From: Felis catus
Lineage: Eukaryota
Direction: 5' to 3'
DNA length: 64,000 bases
Assembly (NCBI RefSeq): GCF_018350175.1
Contig: NC_058369.1
Span: 28,460,001-28,524,000, forward strand
The stretch's first letter is position 1, and each line of letters opens with the position of its first letter. Below, piece after piece: positions 52,745 to 64,000 of the stretch. The notes beneath the pieces are model-generated. The model did not search any database. It was not told the DNA's origin and saw nothing but the letters and a program-made list of their open reading frames with translations. A program made the translations under genes and the position numbers.

Positions 52745-54730
52745 AGGGAACTCAGTGACTCCAACAAAAATAACAACATTGGTAGTAGAGGAATCCCAGA
52801 AGAAGAAGAGAGAGAAAATTCATTTGAAGAAATAATAACTGAAAAATTCCATTATCAGGACATCCAAATCCAGGAGGCATGGAGAACTCCCATCAAAATC
52901 AACAAAAGCAGGCCAACACCAAGGCATATTGTAATTAAGCTTGCAAAATATAGTGATAAAGTAAAAATGCTAAAAGTAAGGAGACAAAAGAAGTCTTTGA
53001 CTTGCAAGAGAAAACCCAAAAGTGTAGCTACATATCTCTCAGAAGAAAGTTGGCAAGTGAGGAAGGAGTGGCATGATATATTCAACATGCTGAATGGGAA
53101 AAATCTGCAGCCAAGAATACTCTATGCAGCAAGGCTGTCATTCAGAATCGAAAGAGAGATAAAGAGTTTCCCAGACAAACAAAAACTAAAGGAGTTTGTG
53201 ACCACTAAACCAGTCTTGCCAGAAATATTAAAAGAGACCCTTTGAATGGAAAGGAAAGACCAAAAGTGACAAAGATAAGATAGTAACAGAGAAAATCCCT
53301 AGAAACAATGACAGAACAAGAAATAAAATGGCACTAAATACATATCTATCAATAATTACTCTGAATATAAATGGACTAAATGCTCCAATCAAGAGATATA
53401 ATGTGTCAGAATGGATAAAAAAAAACAAAACAAAACAAAACAAAAACAAGACCCACTTATATGTTGCCTACAAGAGACTCATTTCAGACCTTAAGACACC
53501 TGTAGATTGAAAATCAGGGAATTGAAACATTTATCATGCAAATGGTTGTCAAAAGAAAGCCAGAGTAGCCATATTTACATCAGACAAACCAGATTTTTTT
53601 TTAATTTTTTTAATGTTTATTTATCTTTAAGAGAGACAGAGACAGAGCATGAGTCGGGGAGGGGCAGAGAGAGAGAGACAAAGATTGGGGGAGAGAGAGA
53701 GAGAGAGAGAAAGAGAGACAGAGTCTGAAGCAGGCTCCAGGCTCTGAGCTGCCATCACAGAAACCGATGTGGGGATTGAACTCACAGACCATGAGATCAT
53801 GACCTGAGCCAAAGTCAGATGCTTAACCAACTGACCTGCCCAAGCACCCCCAAAGTAGGTTTTAAACCAAAGACTGTTACAAGAGATGAAGAAGGGCACT
53901 GTATCATAATAAAGAGGACAACCCACCAAGAAGCTCTAACAATTGTAAATATTTATGCCCTCAACACAGAAGTGCCCAAATATAGAAAACCATTAATAAC
54001 AAACATAAAGGAACGAAGTGATAATAATACAATAATAGTAGGAGACTTTAACACCTCACTTACATCAGTGGACAGATAATCTAAGCAGAAAATCAACAAG
54101 GAAACAATGGCTTTGAGTGACATACCAGACCAGGTAGACTGAACAGATATATTCAGAACATTCCATCCTAAATCAGCAGAATACACATTCTTTCCAAGTG
54201 CATATGGTACGTTCTCCAGAACAGATCACACACTAGGTCACAAATCAGGCCTCAACAAGTACAATAAGACTGAGATCATACCATACTTATTTTCTAACCA
54301 CAATGCTATGAAACTTGAAATCAACCACAAGAAAAAACTTGGAAAGGCCACAAATACACAGAGGTTAAACAACATGCTACCAAACAATGAATGGGTCAAC
54401 CAGGAAATCAAAGAAGAAGTTAGAAAAACACATGGAAACAAGTGAAAATGATAACACAATGGTCCAAAACCTTTGGGATGCAGCAAAAACAGTCCTAAGA
54501 TGGAAGTATATTGCAATAAAGGTCTACCTCAAGAAGCAAGTAAATCTCAAATGACCCAACCTTACACTTAAAGAAACTAGAAAAAGAACACATGAAATCG
54601 AAAGCCAGCAGAAGAAAGGAAATAATAAAGAACAGAGCAGAAACAAATTATATAGAAACTAAAACAAAACAAAAACAAAACAAAACAATAGGACAGATTA
54701 ATGAAACCAGGAGCTGGTATAAAAAAAAAA
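52745..54730 (+). mobile_element. Carnivore L1 fragment (ORF1 C-terminal half, ORF2 endonuclease region), defective
   Basis: ORF 52739-53245 is ORF1p-like (RPTPRHIVIK, LQPRILY, IKSFPDKQKLKEF); ORF2 starts at 53328 with MALNTYLSIITLNINGLNAPIKR and contains IIVGDFNTSL; stops and frameshifts present. Confidence 0.95.
53594..53850 (-). mobile_element. Can-SINE nested in L1 ORF2
   Basis: Poly-T, (AG)n, reverse head; L1 sequence resumes after it. Confidence 0.93.
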
Positions 54731-56054
54731 TAGCTGTGCAATGAATAAAATAATTTTCAAAGTTCTTAAAGAGACATAAGTAAAATTTAGAAATATTTTT
54801 TGATAATTTGCCATCTTAAGACTGAACCACATGTGGCCCCAGCACTTATGTACGTGACACAAATATCATCCAATGCTGATGTTTATTCATTTACATCTGA
54901 ACTTTGGTTTCCTTTAAATGTCATAAACACAGACCAGAAACAAACTGAATCATCCCAGAAATTTTCAAGAGCTCTCACATTGCTTTAAATGAAATTCCAT
55001 TAGTTAATTCACAGGTCAAAGTCTGGGACAACCTCAGAAACTACTTGAGTAATTAATAAATTTATATGGCAACATACTGAAAATAAAAGTGTCGATCTGT
55101 TAGTGTCAAATACCAAAAAAGACACAGCGCTAGGCAACAGTTGCTACTTTGTAATGCAGTTTTAAACTATTGGCAATGTATCTGAAACAAGCATATAAGA
55201 AGAAAATTAAGGAACAGCCTTGTAACTTATATGATAAGCATCTCCCAGAAGATTTTGAGGCAGGTGATAAGCACTTAATGGCTTTAGTGCTTTGCTCTAC
55301 AGATCACCCAGCAAAATATGGGCATAAGCTCCACTGGAATGTGGGGGCTTTTTATGTCTTTTTTTAGTTGAGTTATATTATTAAAAATCAATACAGCATA
55401 ACATGGTAATTACATTCTTAAAGAAGTACATAAAATAAAAAGAAGAACTTTAACTAAATTAAAAGTTTATCACCCTCAGACCAATATGTTGTATATTTGT
55501 AAATTAAACCTGTCACCAATAAAGATGTACCATATAGCAAGGGTATGCATAAAAGAATGAGATAGAATGGAGAATTCAGGAACACATATTACATATATAG
55601 TAAATAAAAACTCCAAGGCATTCTCAAGGATCTAAGCAGCCTATACACCAATACAGTAAAATCGTATCTTCAGGGAGACTTGAGTTCTATAGCTAGGGCC
55701 TAACACAAATGTTGCATATAGTCAAACTTAACACTGAAGATCATTTTAATACCTGTAGGGTATGAATTCTGTTGCTTTGTTTATTCAAGACCGATGGTAC
55801 ATATCTGAGAACAAACAACCGAGCCAGAAGGAAGCAAAGGAAAAGCCGACCTACAGATATCTGGGTACTCAAACCACCCGGTCTTTAAGAAACTACCAAA
55901 TCTCCCCCAATGAGTCCTTACCAGATAAGTGGTGAAGTATAAACTTGTAAACCCTCCAGCAGGATTTATTCCGCTGTTTTAACATGAAATTTTTATAACT
56001 TTAATATGTTAAGAGATACATTTGCATTGTTAAGATTAAATATCATAATATACT

Positions 56055-56223
56055 GGGGCACCTGGGTGGCTCAGTCGGTTAAGCGCCCGACTTCAGCTCA
56101 TGTCATGATCTTGCTGTCTGTGAGTTCCAGCCCTGCAGCAGGCTCTGTGCTGACAGCTCAGAGCCTGGAGTCTGCTTCAGATTCTGTGTTTCCCTCTCTC
56201 TGCCCTCCCCCACTCACGCTCTG

Positions 56224-56256
<33 letters not shown>

Positions 56257-56285
56257 AAAATGAATAAATGTTAAAAATTTTTAAA
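56055..56285 (+). mobile_element. Can-SINE (SINEC)
   Basis: Canonical head, (CT)n, tail. Confidence 0.94.
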
Positions 56286-57719
56286 TAATGTAATATATAT
56301 GAAACCACCAGATACAGATACTGGCACAGGGCAGACATTCGGTAGATATGCTGGGTTTTAATCTAAGTCTCGTTTCATTGGACCCATCAACACACTGCTC
56401 TTTGAAATCTTGTAGAGAAGATCATAATAACTGCTTCTGTTCTTTTCAAGCTGGCATGTCCATCCAGCTGGGGCACCATGAGGAACAGCCATCACCTGCA
56501 TACTTTAGGCATTGAGTAGAAGCGAGTTTACCCTGGTGCTGAGTTCTGAGTGGATATAAGGTGAATCCAGTGCCCACAGGAAGCACATCTTTATGCTTGG
56601 GTCACATCTAAACAGACTGGCTCCTGAATGGGCCTGCTCTTTCCAAAGCCAAAACATGGCACATTGGCTCAAACTATAAGGCTATCAAACCAGGAGGGTC
56701 CATTTCTTTTCCAAAAAAGAAATTCCAAAAAGGCATTCCTTGAAAGCCCCATAAAATTCATTTATTCGTACCTTACATAATATATGTATCCATGGGTCCC
56801 CTTTACTGACACTTAATAGCAATGGGATGCCACAAAAATCTAGAAATTGTAATTCTTTTTTCCTTCCTTATCCTCCCCCCCCCCCACTTCCTTCTTTTCC
56901 TCCTTCAAGTTTCTGCCTATAGTAAAACCCCAGCAAGAAGGAAAGTCAAATGGATTTTCCTACTAGTGGACATTTTTGTGATATACTCATTTTTGGTCCT
57001 CGTATGAACTTCCTCCAGGGTGCTCCTTTATGGGAATAAGGTATGCCAAATGAAATAGAGGACTCGAGGCACAATTTTACCCTTGACATATGAAGAGAGA
57101 ATATTTTTCTCCTGGATTTATGATGTAATGCAACTCAGCCACTTTCTTTTCGTCTTTTCCCTCGTTTGCACTTCCTGCATATTGCTGTACACCATCATCA
57201 CCATCATCATGAATTTATAGAGTGCCTATGGCTGTGGCCTCTAGGCAGCTCCTAAATGATCTAATCCAGATATCATTGTCTTCAGCTCCCCTTGGCAGGA
57301 GTCTATTTACCATTCCGCTTTCTTATGGAACTCTGCCTCCGATTATTCTTCATAAGATGTTTTCACTTTCCTTTCTCTCCCTTAAGTTGGATCTCTTTTA
57401 TTTCTTCCTCTCATTGTCATATTCTCCTGGGCCCTAAGCGCAGTTACTCTACATTTACGGGGATTTACATCATCAAATTTAGACACTCTTGAGAACTTTC
57501 CTATCCAACTGCCTTTTCTAAGGTAATTTTTAGCAACATTAACTAAGAGAAAAGCTTTAGACTCTAGAATTCCAGGGCTCCAGGCTCACTCAGACCCCTG
57601 CTCTGATATCACATGTCAGAATGATGACCAGCATTATGGCACCCTGGGCCAAACTCTCCAAAGACAGCCACTCCTCAACCCCCTAGGATTCTAACTGGGA
57701 GTCTTTCAGAGATCAGACG

Positions 57720-57945
57720 TCCAGGCTTTGGATTTAGACAGACAGGGGTTCAAATCCAGCCTCTGGCACTTAATTTGGATACAACCTTGACATCCACATC
57801 ACCTTTCTCAGCTTCAATTTCTTTGACTGCAAAATGAGAATGAAAATATCCACCTAAGCAGATTGTTGTGAGGCAGAAATGAGGTAATCTTTGTAAAACA
57901 CACACAAAGTCTGGCACACGGTAAGCATTCAAACTTGGTAGCTAT
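57720..57945 (+). mobile_element. MIR SINE
   Basis: 'gggttcaaatccagcctctggcactta...ctgcaaaatgaga...tctggcacacggtaagcattcaa'. Confidence 0.8.
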
Positions 57946-58622
57946 CATTTTTATTCTTATAGTTAAAATATTGGATAGAATGCATTTGTCTTCAAAGAAA
58001 CTCACAAAGCTGACCTCAGAGCACACATTAATACATTATTTAGTAGACCCCAGTCCCAAACACCACTCAGTTCAGTGTGTTCATACTTGGAAGTCAATAA
58101 ATATTTTTAAATTAAAATTGAGGACACACAGAGAGTCAGGATTTGGAACCAAAGGAATAGATAACCAGTCATAAATTGGGATATATCATTAAGAGCCTCT
58201 ATTCTCAGAAAGTACATCTCTTTTAAAAATATATTTACTACAGTTACCCATGGAGACTGAGTATTTTTGTCATCAGTTGCAAAACTGTCTCCGGAAGGGG
58301 AATAACTGTGTAATTATAACTCTGGCCGACTTCACACATTAACCTTTTATGTAAGGGAAGAACAAAAATGTAGACTCTGGGCAAGACGCTGGGAAGCAGA
58401 GGGAGAGAGGAAGAGAAAGAAAGAAGGAGAAAGAGAAAAAAGAGAAGGAGAGCAGACAGGTTTGATGAGGAACAGTAATTTGGCTTTTGGCCCTTGTCTC
58501 TACCAGCACAGATGGGAGGACCAGACCATTTATGATAGCTGTCAGGTCTCTCCATAGAAGTGAGCAATGGGACACCTCCCACCTCTCAATTCAGAGAGTA
58601 GAGCTGTCAATTGTTACAGGAC

Positions 58623-58722
<100 letters not shown>

Positions 58723-59509
58723 AAATTATTATGATGATTTAAAAAAATAAGCTAAAAATCTAAACTCAGTGATGAAACTAATTGGGCCCAATCCACCAGA
58801 GTCTGTGAGGTTTTTACTCTTGGATACGAATATGTTCTTTTAAGGCAGAAAAATAAAAAACTCATTCACTGATCCTGATCTGTAAAAAGAACAACATGAT
58901 CTGCTTTTGTACCCAACACACTGTCTTTTAAATGCTATTTCTGCCTCTTGCTTGTTGGGCAGGTTAACCGATCCTTTATGCGCTTGACTTCCTCACACCT
59001 AAAATAGGAAAATACCTGTGTGGAGGAGGGTAGCAGGCCGGCCATGCTTTCCCTTTCCCTGGGCCCCCACATCCATCCAAGGAGCAATTCCTAATCGGAT
59101 AGGCCATATTCCAGCACAGCGGTTGTCACTAAAAGGCGGGGTCAATATACAACAAAGCCTCCTTCCTCCATCTCCACTTCTTCTCCTCTAAGTTGGAAGA
59201 AGTGACTCCTCAGGGAAGGGTAAGCATTTTCTTCTCTCTCTCTCCTGCCTTCTTTGCAACATTAGGCAATTGCACATGTGAGCCAAAGTGATATCCAAAG
59301 CTCCAGCTCTTGCCCCCTCACTTTTATTCTACCCTGCTTTCTCACAATGTCCCCACTCAGAATTCCTTAGCATGCTGTTCATTTGAGGGAGCGATTTAAG
59401 AAGTGAGAGGAGGTCCCATTTATGACCTCTTTGAGGTCAGCCTATGTTTATTAGTGTTCAGTACTAGGAGGTCTTGAGTACTGATCCAACTTTGTTACCA
59501 TTGCCACGT

Positions 59510-59870
59510 TAGGGCCTTTGCATTTGTTATCCCCTCCCTCTGGAAAGTTCTGCATCATGAAATCATGGATCTTTAAATTGTTTGGGTCTCAGTTCAAATG
59601 CTAACTCTTCAGAAAGGCTTTCCCTGACCATCCAATCTTAAGTAGCATCCTCGCCACCACCAAGCAACTATTATATTAATCTATTATTTTGTTAAAGGCT
59701 CTCATCCCATTTCCTTACTTTCTTCATTTATTTGCTTGATTCCCACCCCTACCTCTGTTCTAAACATTTCCATTAGAAGGGAGGTCCAAGAGAGCATGGT
59801 TCTTGTCTGTCTTGTTCACTACTTATTTACAAAGAGTTGGGTGACTATCACAAAGCAAGTTCTTATTAAA
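59510..59870 (+). mobile_element. L2 3' region
   Basis: 'agggcctttgcatttg', 'tctcagttcaaatg...cttcagaaaggctttccctgacca'. Confidence 0.75.
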
Positions 59871-60083
59871 TCACAGCTATCATTACCTGTTTCTTTCACA
59901 CCTGGTCCAGCTACCTCCTATGCTCATCCTGGTCCAGTAAAGTCTTTTGAAAACTCTTCTCCTCCACTGGTATACTAGGGGCTTTCTAAATCTTAGATAA
60001 GGCATCTCTGTTATAAATTTGTTTTCACTAAATAAAAATTTACATAACCTATTCTTTATTTGTACAGTATCTTATTCCATTTA

Positions 60084-60164
60084 CTTTATGTGTATTTTTT
60101 TAAAGTTTATTTATTTATTTGGAGAGAGAGAGTGTGTGTGCACATGTGTGAGCAAGAAAGGGGC

Positions 60165-60215
<51 letters not shown>

Positions 60216-60369
60216 GAGACAGAGAGAGAGACAGAGAGAGAATATCTCAAGCAGGCTCCACACTGCCAGCACAGAGCCCGATACAGGGCTCAATCCCAGG
60301 ACCCATGAGATCATGACCTGAGCCAAAATGAAGAATTGAACACCCAACCAACTGAGTTACTCAGGCATC
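60084..60369 (-). mobile_element. Can-SINE with expanded (AG)n
   Basis: Reverse SINE body; possible TSD tccattta. Confidence 0.9.
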
Positions 60370-60747
60370 CATTTAATAAACTCCAATATAAGGGACTCAG
60401 CTTAGTGAATGTTCCCACATACCAAGAATAAAGTAGCTGATGCCTTTCTTACCCACAAGGATAGTCCTAAAGAAGCACTTTACATCTGCCCTCCAGCCCC
60501 CTACACATATGTACACAGTGGAAAGCTCAGATTCCCATTGCAGATAATCTCCAGCAGGGAGGGAGGGAGGAGAAACACATGTTGAAAAGAGCTAACCTAA
60601 AACCATAATGCTCGTGAAAACATTTCCAGTTAACATTTCTTCTTAAGAAAGTCTCAATCCCAGCCCACCAAAAATAGCTCAGTGGCATGTTAAATTGGGG
60701 ATAGTTGTTAAGTTGGAGCTTAAAAGGTCTCTTGGAAATCTCTTCAA

Positions 60748-60901
60748 AATGAGAACAAACTGAGGGCTGATGGGGGGTGGGAGGGAGGGGAGGGTGGGTG
60801 ATGGGTATTGAAGAGGGCATCTTTTGGGATGAGCACTGGATGTCGTATGGAAACCAATTTGACAATAAATTTCATATATTTAAAAAATAAATTAAAAAAA
60901 A
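60748..60901 (+). mobile_element. 5'-truncated felid L1 3' end
   Basis: Same 3' UTR as 49909-50064; TSD ggaaatctcttcaa / ggaaatttcttcaa. Confidence 0.92.
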
Positions 60902-61726
60902 GGAAATTTCTTCAATTCTCCACAAAATAAAATAAGGCATAGCCTCTCCAGAAGTCCAACAAAGGCTTTCTCCTAGCACAAGAAAAGATAGTTATTTCTT
61001 CGGCTGAATATAAGATGAATTAATTAGTGTGAATTTATCGGATATATGTGTATACACACACACACATCGCAACACATTTAAAAATGTGTATATATACACA
61101 TATTATACATATACTACACATGTGTGTGTATATGCATACACACACACTGTTTTTTTTAATGTGCAACAGAATATGTCAGTAAGTACTGGAGTCACACTTG
61201 GCACTAAGATGCTTATACTAGGAGATTCAGGAGAATAAGACTGACTCCCAGCTCCCATCTCACATTTAGCGTGAAGCACATATTCATTGAGGGGACTCTC
61301 TGGCAGAATGGCCTATATTCTTTGAATTGGTACTTCTTACTCTTGTCATTTGTTGCTAATTCTGTATGGCTAAAATGACAGAAGTTCAATGTACATAAGA
61401 TGCAACTCCATTCTATTCAAGACCACTCATCTTTACATTAAAATGTCTTTGTATTAAAAATCAAAAGATGGTGTCCATACAGAACGTAACATGCTAACCT
61501 GAACTCCATTTTCCTACTTCATGGACAAAGAATGTAGACAGATCTCATACTCAGGGAAGGTACTAAAACAAATCTCCACACGTGTTTAATTTAAAAACCA
61601 AACAAGCAGACCGGTACCTTTTTATGATAAAGTTAATCTTATAATATCTTATACATATCTTTCTTGGAAGTAGCCTTGATGTAAATCTTTTTTAAAAAGG
61701 AATAAAACCAACGTTTCTGTAAAAGT

Positions 61727-61853
61727 TGTGAGGGTTGATTTTATATATCAACTTGACTGGGCCAATGCATACCCAGATATTTGGTCAAACATTATTCTGG
61801 GTATGTCTGTAAGGGCATTTACCTGAGTTTAACATTTAAATCAGTAGGATGAG
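61727..61853 (+). mobile_element. ERVL LTR (MLT2-like) 5' part, interrupted by L1
   Basis: 'tgtgagggttgattttatatatcaacttgactgggcca...cccagatatttggtcaaacattattctgg'. Confidence 0.85.
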
Positions 61854-63419
61854 ATCCAGAGAAGATGGTGGAGTGGAGGATTCTAGGCTCATCTCCTCCC
61901 AGAGATACACCTAGATAGCACCCTCATCAGTGTAAATAACCCAGTAGACGACCTTAAGACTGACAGAACAGATTCTCCACAGCAAAATGTAGAGAACAGG
62001 TCACATCTAAGAGGGTAGGAAAGGTGGAGATACAGTCAGGAGACAAATAAACCCATGGGACTGTCCACAGGAGGAATGCTGCAGGCATGAAGATGAGAGA
62101 GGAAGAGACACCCACAACAGGTACCTCAGGCATGCAGGACCCACACTGGGAAGACAAATCCCCATAACATTTGGCTTTGAAAACTAGAGGGGCCTCACTT
62201 CATGAGAACTTATAATCAGTGGAGCTTAATACCTGGAACATTAAAAATCAATGGGCACAGATCTGAGAGAGGTAAGTGCAATATGAAACTGAGTCTCCAT
62301 CCTTAAAGAGACAGCAAAACAAAGAGTCACACTGAGCAGCAGCCCATGGAAGCAACAGTTTGGAAACAGCCTGGGTATACAGGAAGGAGACTTATTTCCT
62401 AACCACAGAGCCTACGCTGGAGAAGCAGGGATCTTTGGGAGACTTCTCCAAGAACAAAAGAGCTGGTGGGTGCATCCCCTCCCCCTTTCCCTGCCTAGAT
62501 ACATGGACATCTGCTGGAATGAGTGTAGCATGAACACTCTCCACCCAGCTTGGTAAGAGCATGCCCCACCCCTGAATTGTCCTGTGAACCCAGCCCCTCC
62601 ATCTCAGCCTGAACAGGACTTTTCCCATGCAGTTGTAGTTCCTCTCCCTCAGCATAACAGTACACACCTTACTGGCATCCCACACCCTGCCCCTCTGTTC
62701 TCCTGTAGATCTGCTCCCTCTAATATACCCTTGGCCAGAGCCCATTCAAAGCTATGTCAAAAACCTGGCATTGTGCAAGTAGCCCTGACAGTGGCCAGCA
62801 TCACTCCAAAGTGACTCCTGCCCCAGGGAGAGGGGAAGAGAACCACACACACCAATCTGATGGTGGTCCTAGCAGTTGGTCAGAGGCTGACATCTGGTCT
62901 GACTGCAGGCTCTGCCCACCAATATAAGCTTCTCAGAGAACAACACAAGGAAAGTGCCCTACAGCTTGGTGCTAACACATCTCCAGCAAACACCTGGTTT
63001 GATTCAACTCACGCCTAAAGAGCCCCAGACTTACCTACTAACAACACAGGGTCTAAGCCCTACCCACAATAAAGAGCCATTGAAGACAAATAGACTGAAG
63101 GAAAAAGTGGCCCATTCACTCACTCAGCAAGGTGCATGCAACACACATTGGAAACACCCCTGAAGCACCAGATTCTGGTGAACATAAGACACTGCAGTTC
63201 AGGGCACTACAGAACCTCTTTTCATAAGGACACTACTTTCAAGAGCAAGAGACATAGCTGACTTTCCTAACACACAGAAACAGACACAAAGAGTTAGACA
63301 ACATGAGAAGACAAAGGAATATGTCCTAAATGAAATAATAAGACAAAATCACAGGGAGAGAGGTAAATGAAATGGATATGAGTAACATGCCTGATAGAGA
63401 ATTTAAAGTAATAGTCATA

Positions 63420-63640
63420 GGGGCGCCTGGGTGGCGCAGTCGGTTAAGCGTCCGACTTCAGCCAGGTCACGATCTCCCGGTCCGTGAGTTCGAGCCCCGC
63501 GTCAGGCTCTGGGCTGATGGCTCCGAGCCCGGAGCCTGTTTCCGATTCTGTGTCTCCCTCTCTCTCTGCCCCTCCCCCGTTCATGCTCTGTCTCTCTCTG
63601 TCCCAAAAATAAAAAATAAATAAATAAATTTTAAAAAACG
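63420..63640 (+). mobile_element. Young felid Can-SINE (SINEC_Fc type) in L1 ORF1
   Basis: CpG-intact body; TSD ttaaagtaatagtcata / ttaaagtaatagtcgta. Confidence 0.97.
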
Positions 63641-63874
63641 TTAAAGTAATAGTCGTAAAGATATGCACTAGAGTTGAGAAAAGAATAGAGGACCTCAGTG
63701 ACACCTTTCACAGAGAGAGAACATAAAAAACAACCAATTAGAGATGAAGAACTCAATAATTTCAATGAAAAATACCCTAGAAGGAACAAATAGTAGACTA
63801 GAGGAAGCAGAAAAACAGATCAGCAACCAGAGGACAGAGTAATGGAAAGCAATTAAGCTGAACAGGAGAAAAAA

Positions 63875-63907
<33 letters not shown>
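63875..63907. repeat. (CAT)11 trinucleotide repeat within L1 ORF1
   Basis: Direct reading. Confidence 0.95.
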
Positions 63908-63909
<2 letters not shown>

Positions 63910-64000
63910 CAAATGAAAATAGCCTAAGGGAAAGCGTCAACACCATCAAGTGTAATAACATTTGCATTATAGGGATCCCAGAAGGAAAAGAGAGGGAAAG

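Larger units (their letters stand above)
61854..64000 (+). mobile_element. Carnivore L1 with retained 5' UTR and ORF1 start, running off the window end
   Basis: 5' end 'aagatggtgg' (decayed YY1 AAGATGGCG), about 1.45 kb UTR, ORF1 ATG at 63303 (with MSNMPDREFKVIV), premature stops. Confidence 0.88.

Noticed and set aside
52739..53245. 168-aa ORF as a host gene or domesticated protein
   Set aside because: It is the C-terminal half of L1 ORF1p within a decayed L1 fragment and lacks the N-terminus and promoter
55922..55973. Possible 52-nt minus-strand exon with a CTG|GTAAGG donor
   Set aside because: The acceptor lacks a polypyrimidine tract and the peptide is not recognisable
63695..63967. Poly-Met ORF
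   Set aside because: Antisense reading of the (CAT)n microsatellite within L1 ORF1

Overview
This is a 64 kb window of mammalian nuclear DNA. It is almost certainly from a felid, because it carries many carnivore tRNA-derived Can-SINEs (including two young, CpG-intact copies of the Felis SINEC_Fc type) and felid-type L1 3' ends. The window is non-coding intron or intergenic sequence. I recognise no host protein-coding exon, RNA gene or prokaryotic-type system. The only ORFs with recognisable protein similarity are decayed L1 ORF1/ORF2 pieces; the others are chance ORFs or translated repeats. Content: about 23 Can-SINEs (most with visible target-site duplications), old and carnivore-specific L1 fragments, L2/MIR relics, MaLR/ERVL LTRs, Tigger and hAT DNA-transposon relics, microsatellites, and several repeat-free, CpG-retaining blocks that look regulatory. 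The most unusual features are local rearrangements: a template-switch inversion plus duplication in an old L1 (41.5-41.7 kb), a SINE with a triplicated 5' junction (7.0 kb), a SINE inserted into another SINE's TSD (37.3 kb), and an L1 fragment ending in an A-tail in the middle of ORF2 (52.7-54.7 kb). Repeat orientation and splice signals weakly suggest a host gene on the minus strand. Repeat family names come from my recall of consensus sequences and need RepeatMasker/Dfam confirmation. I found no convincing novel biological system.
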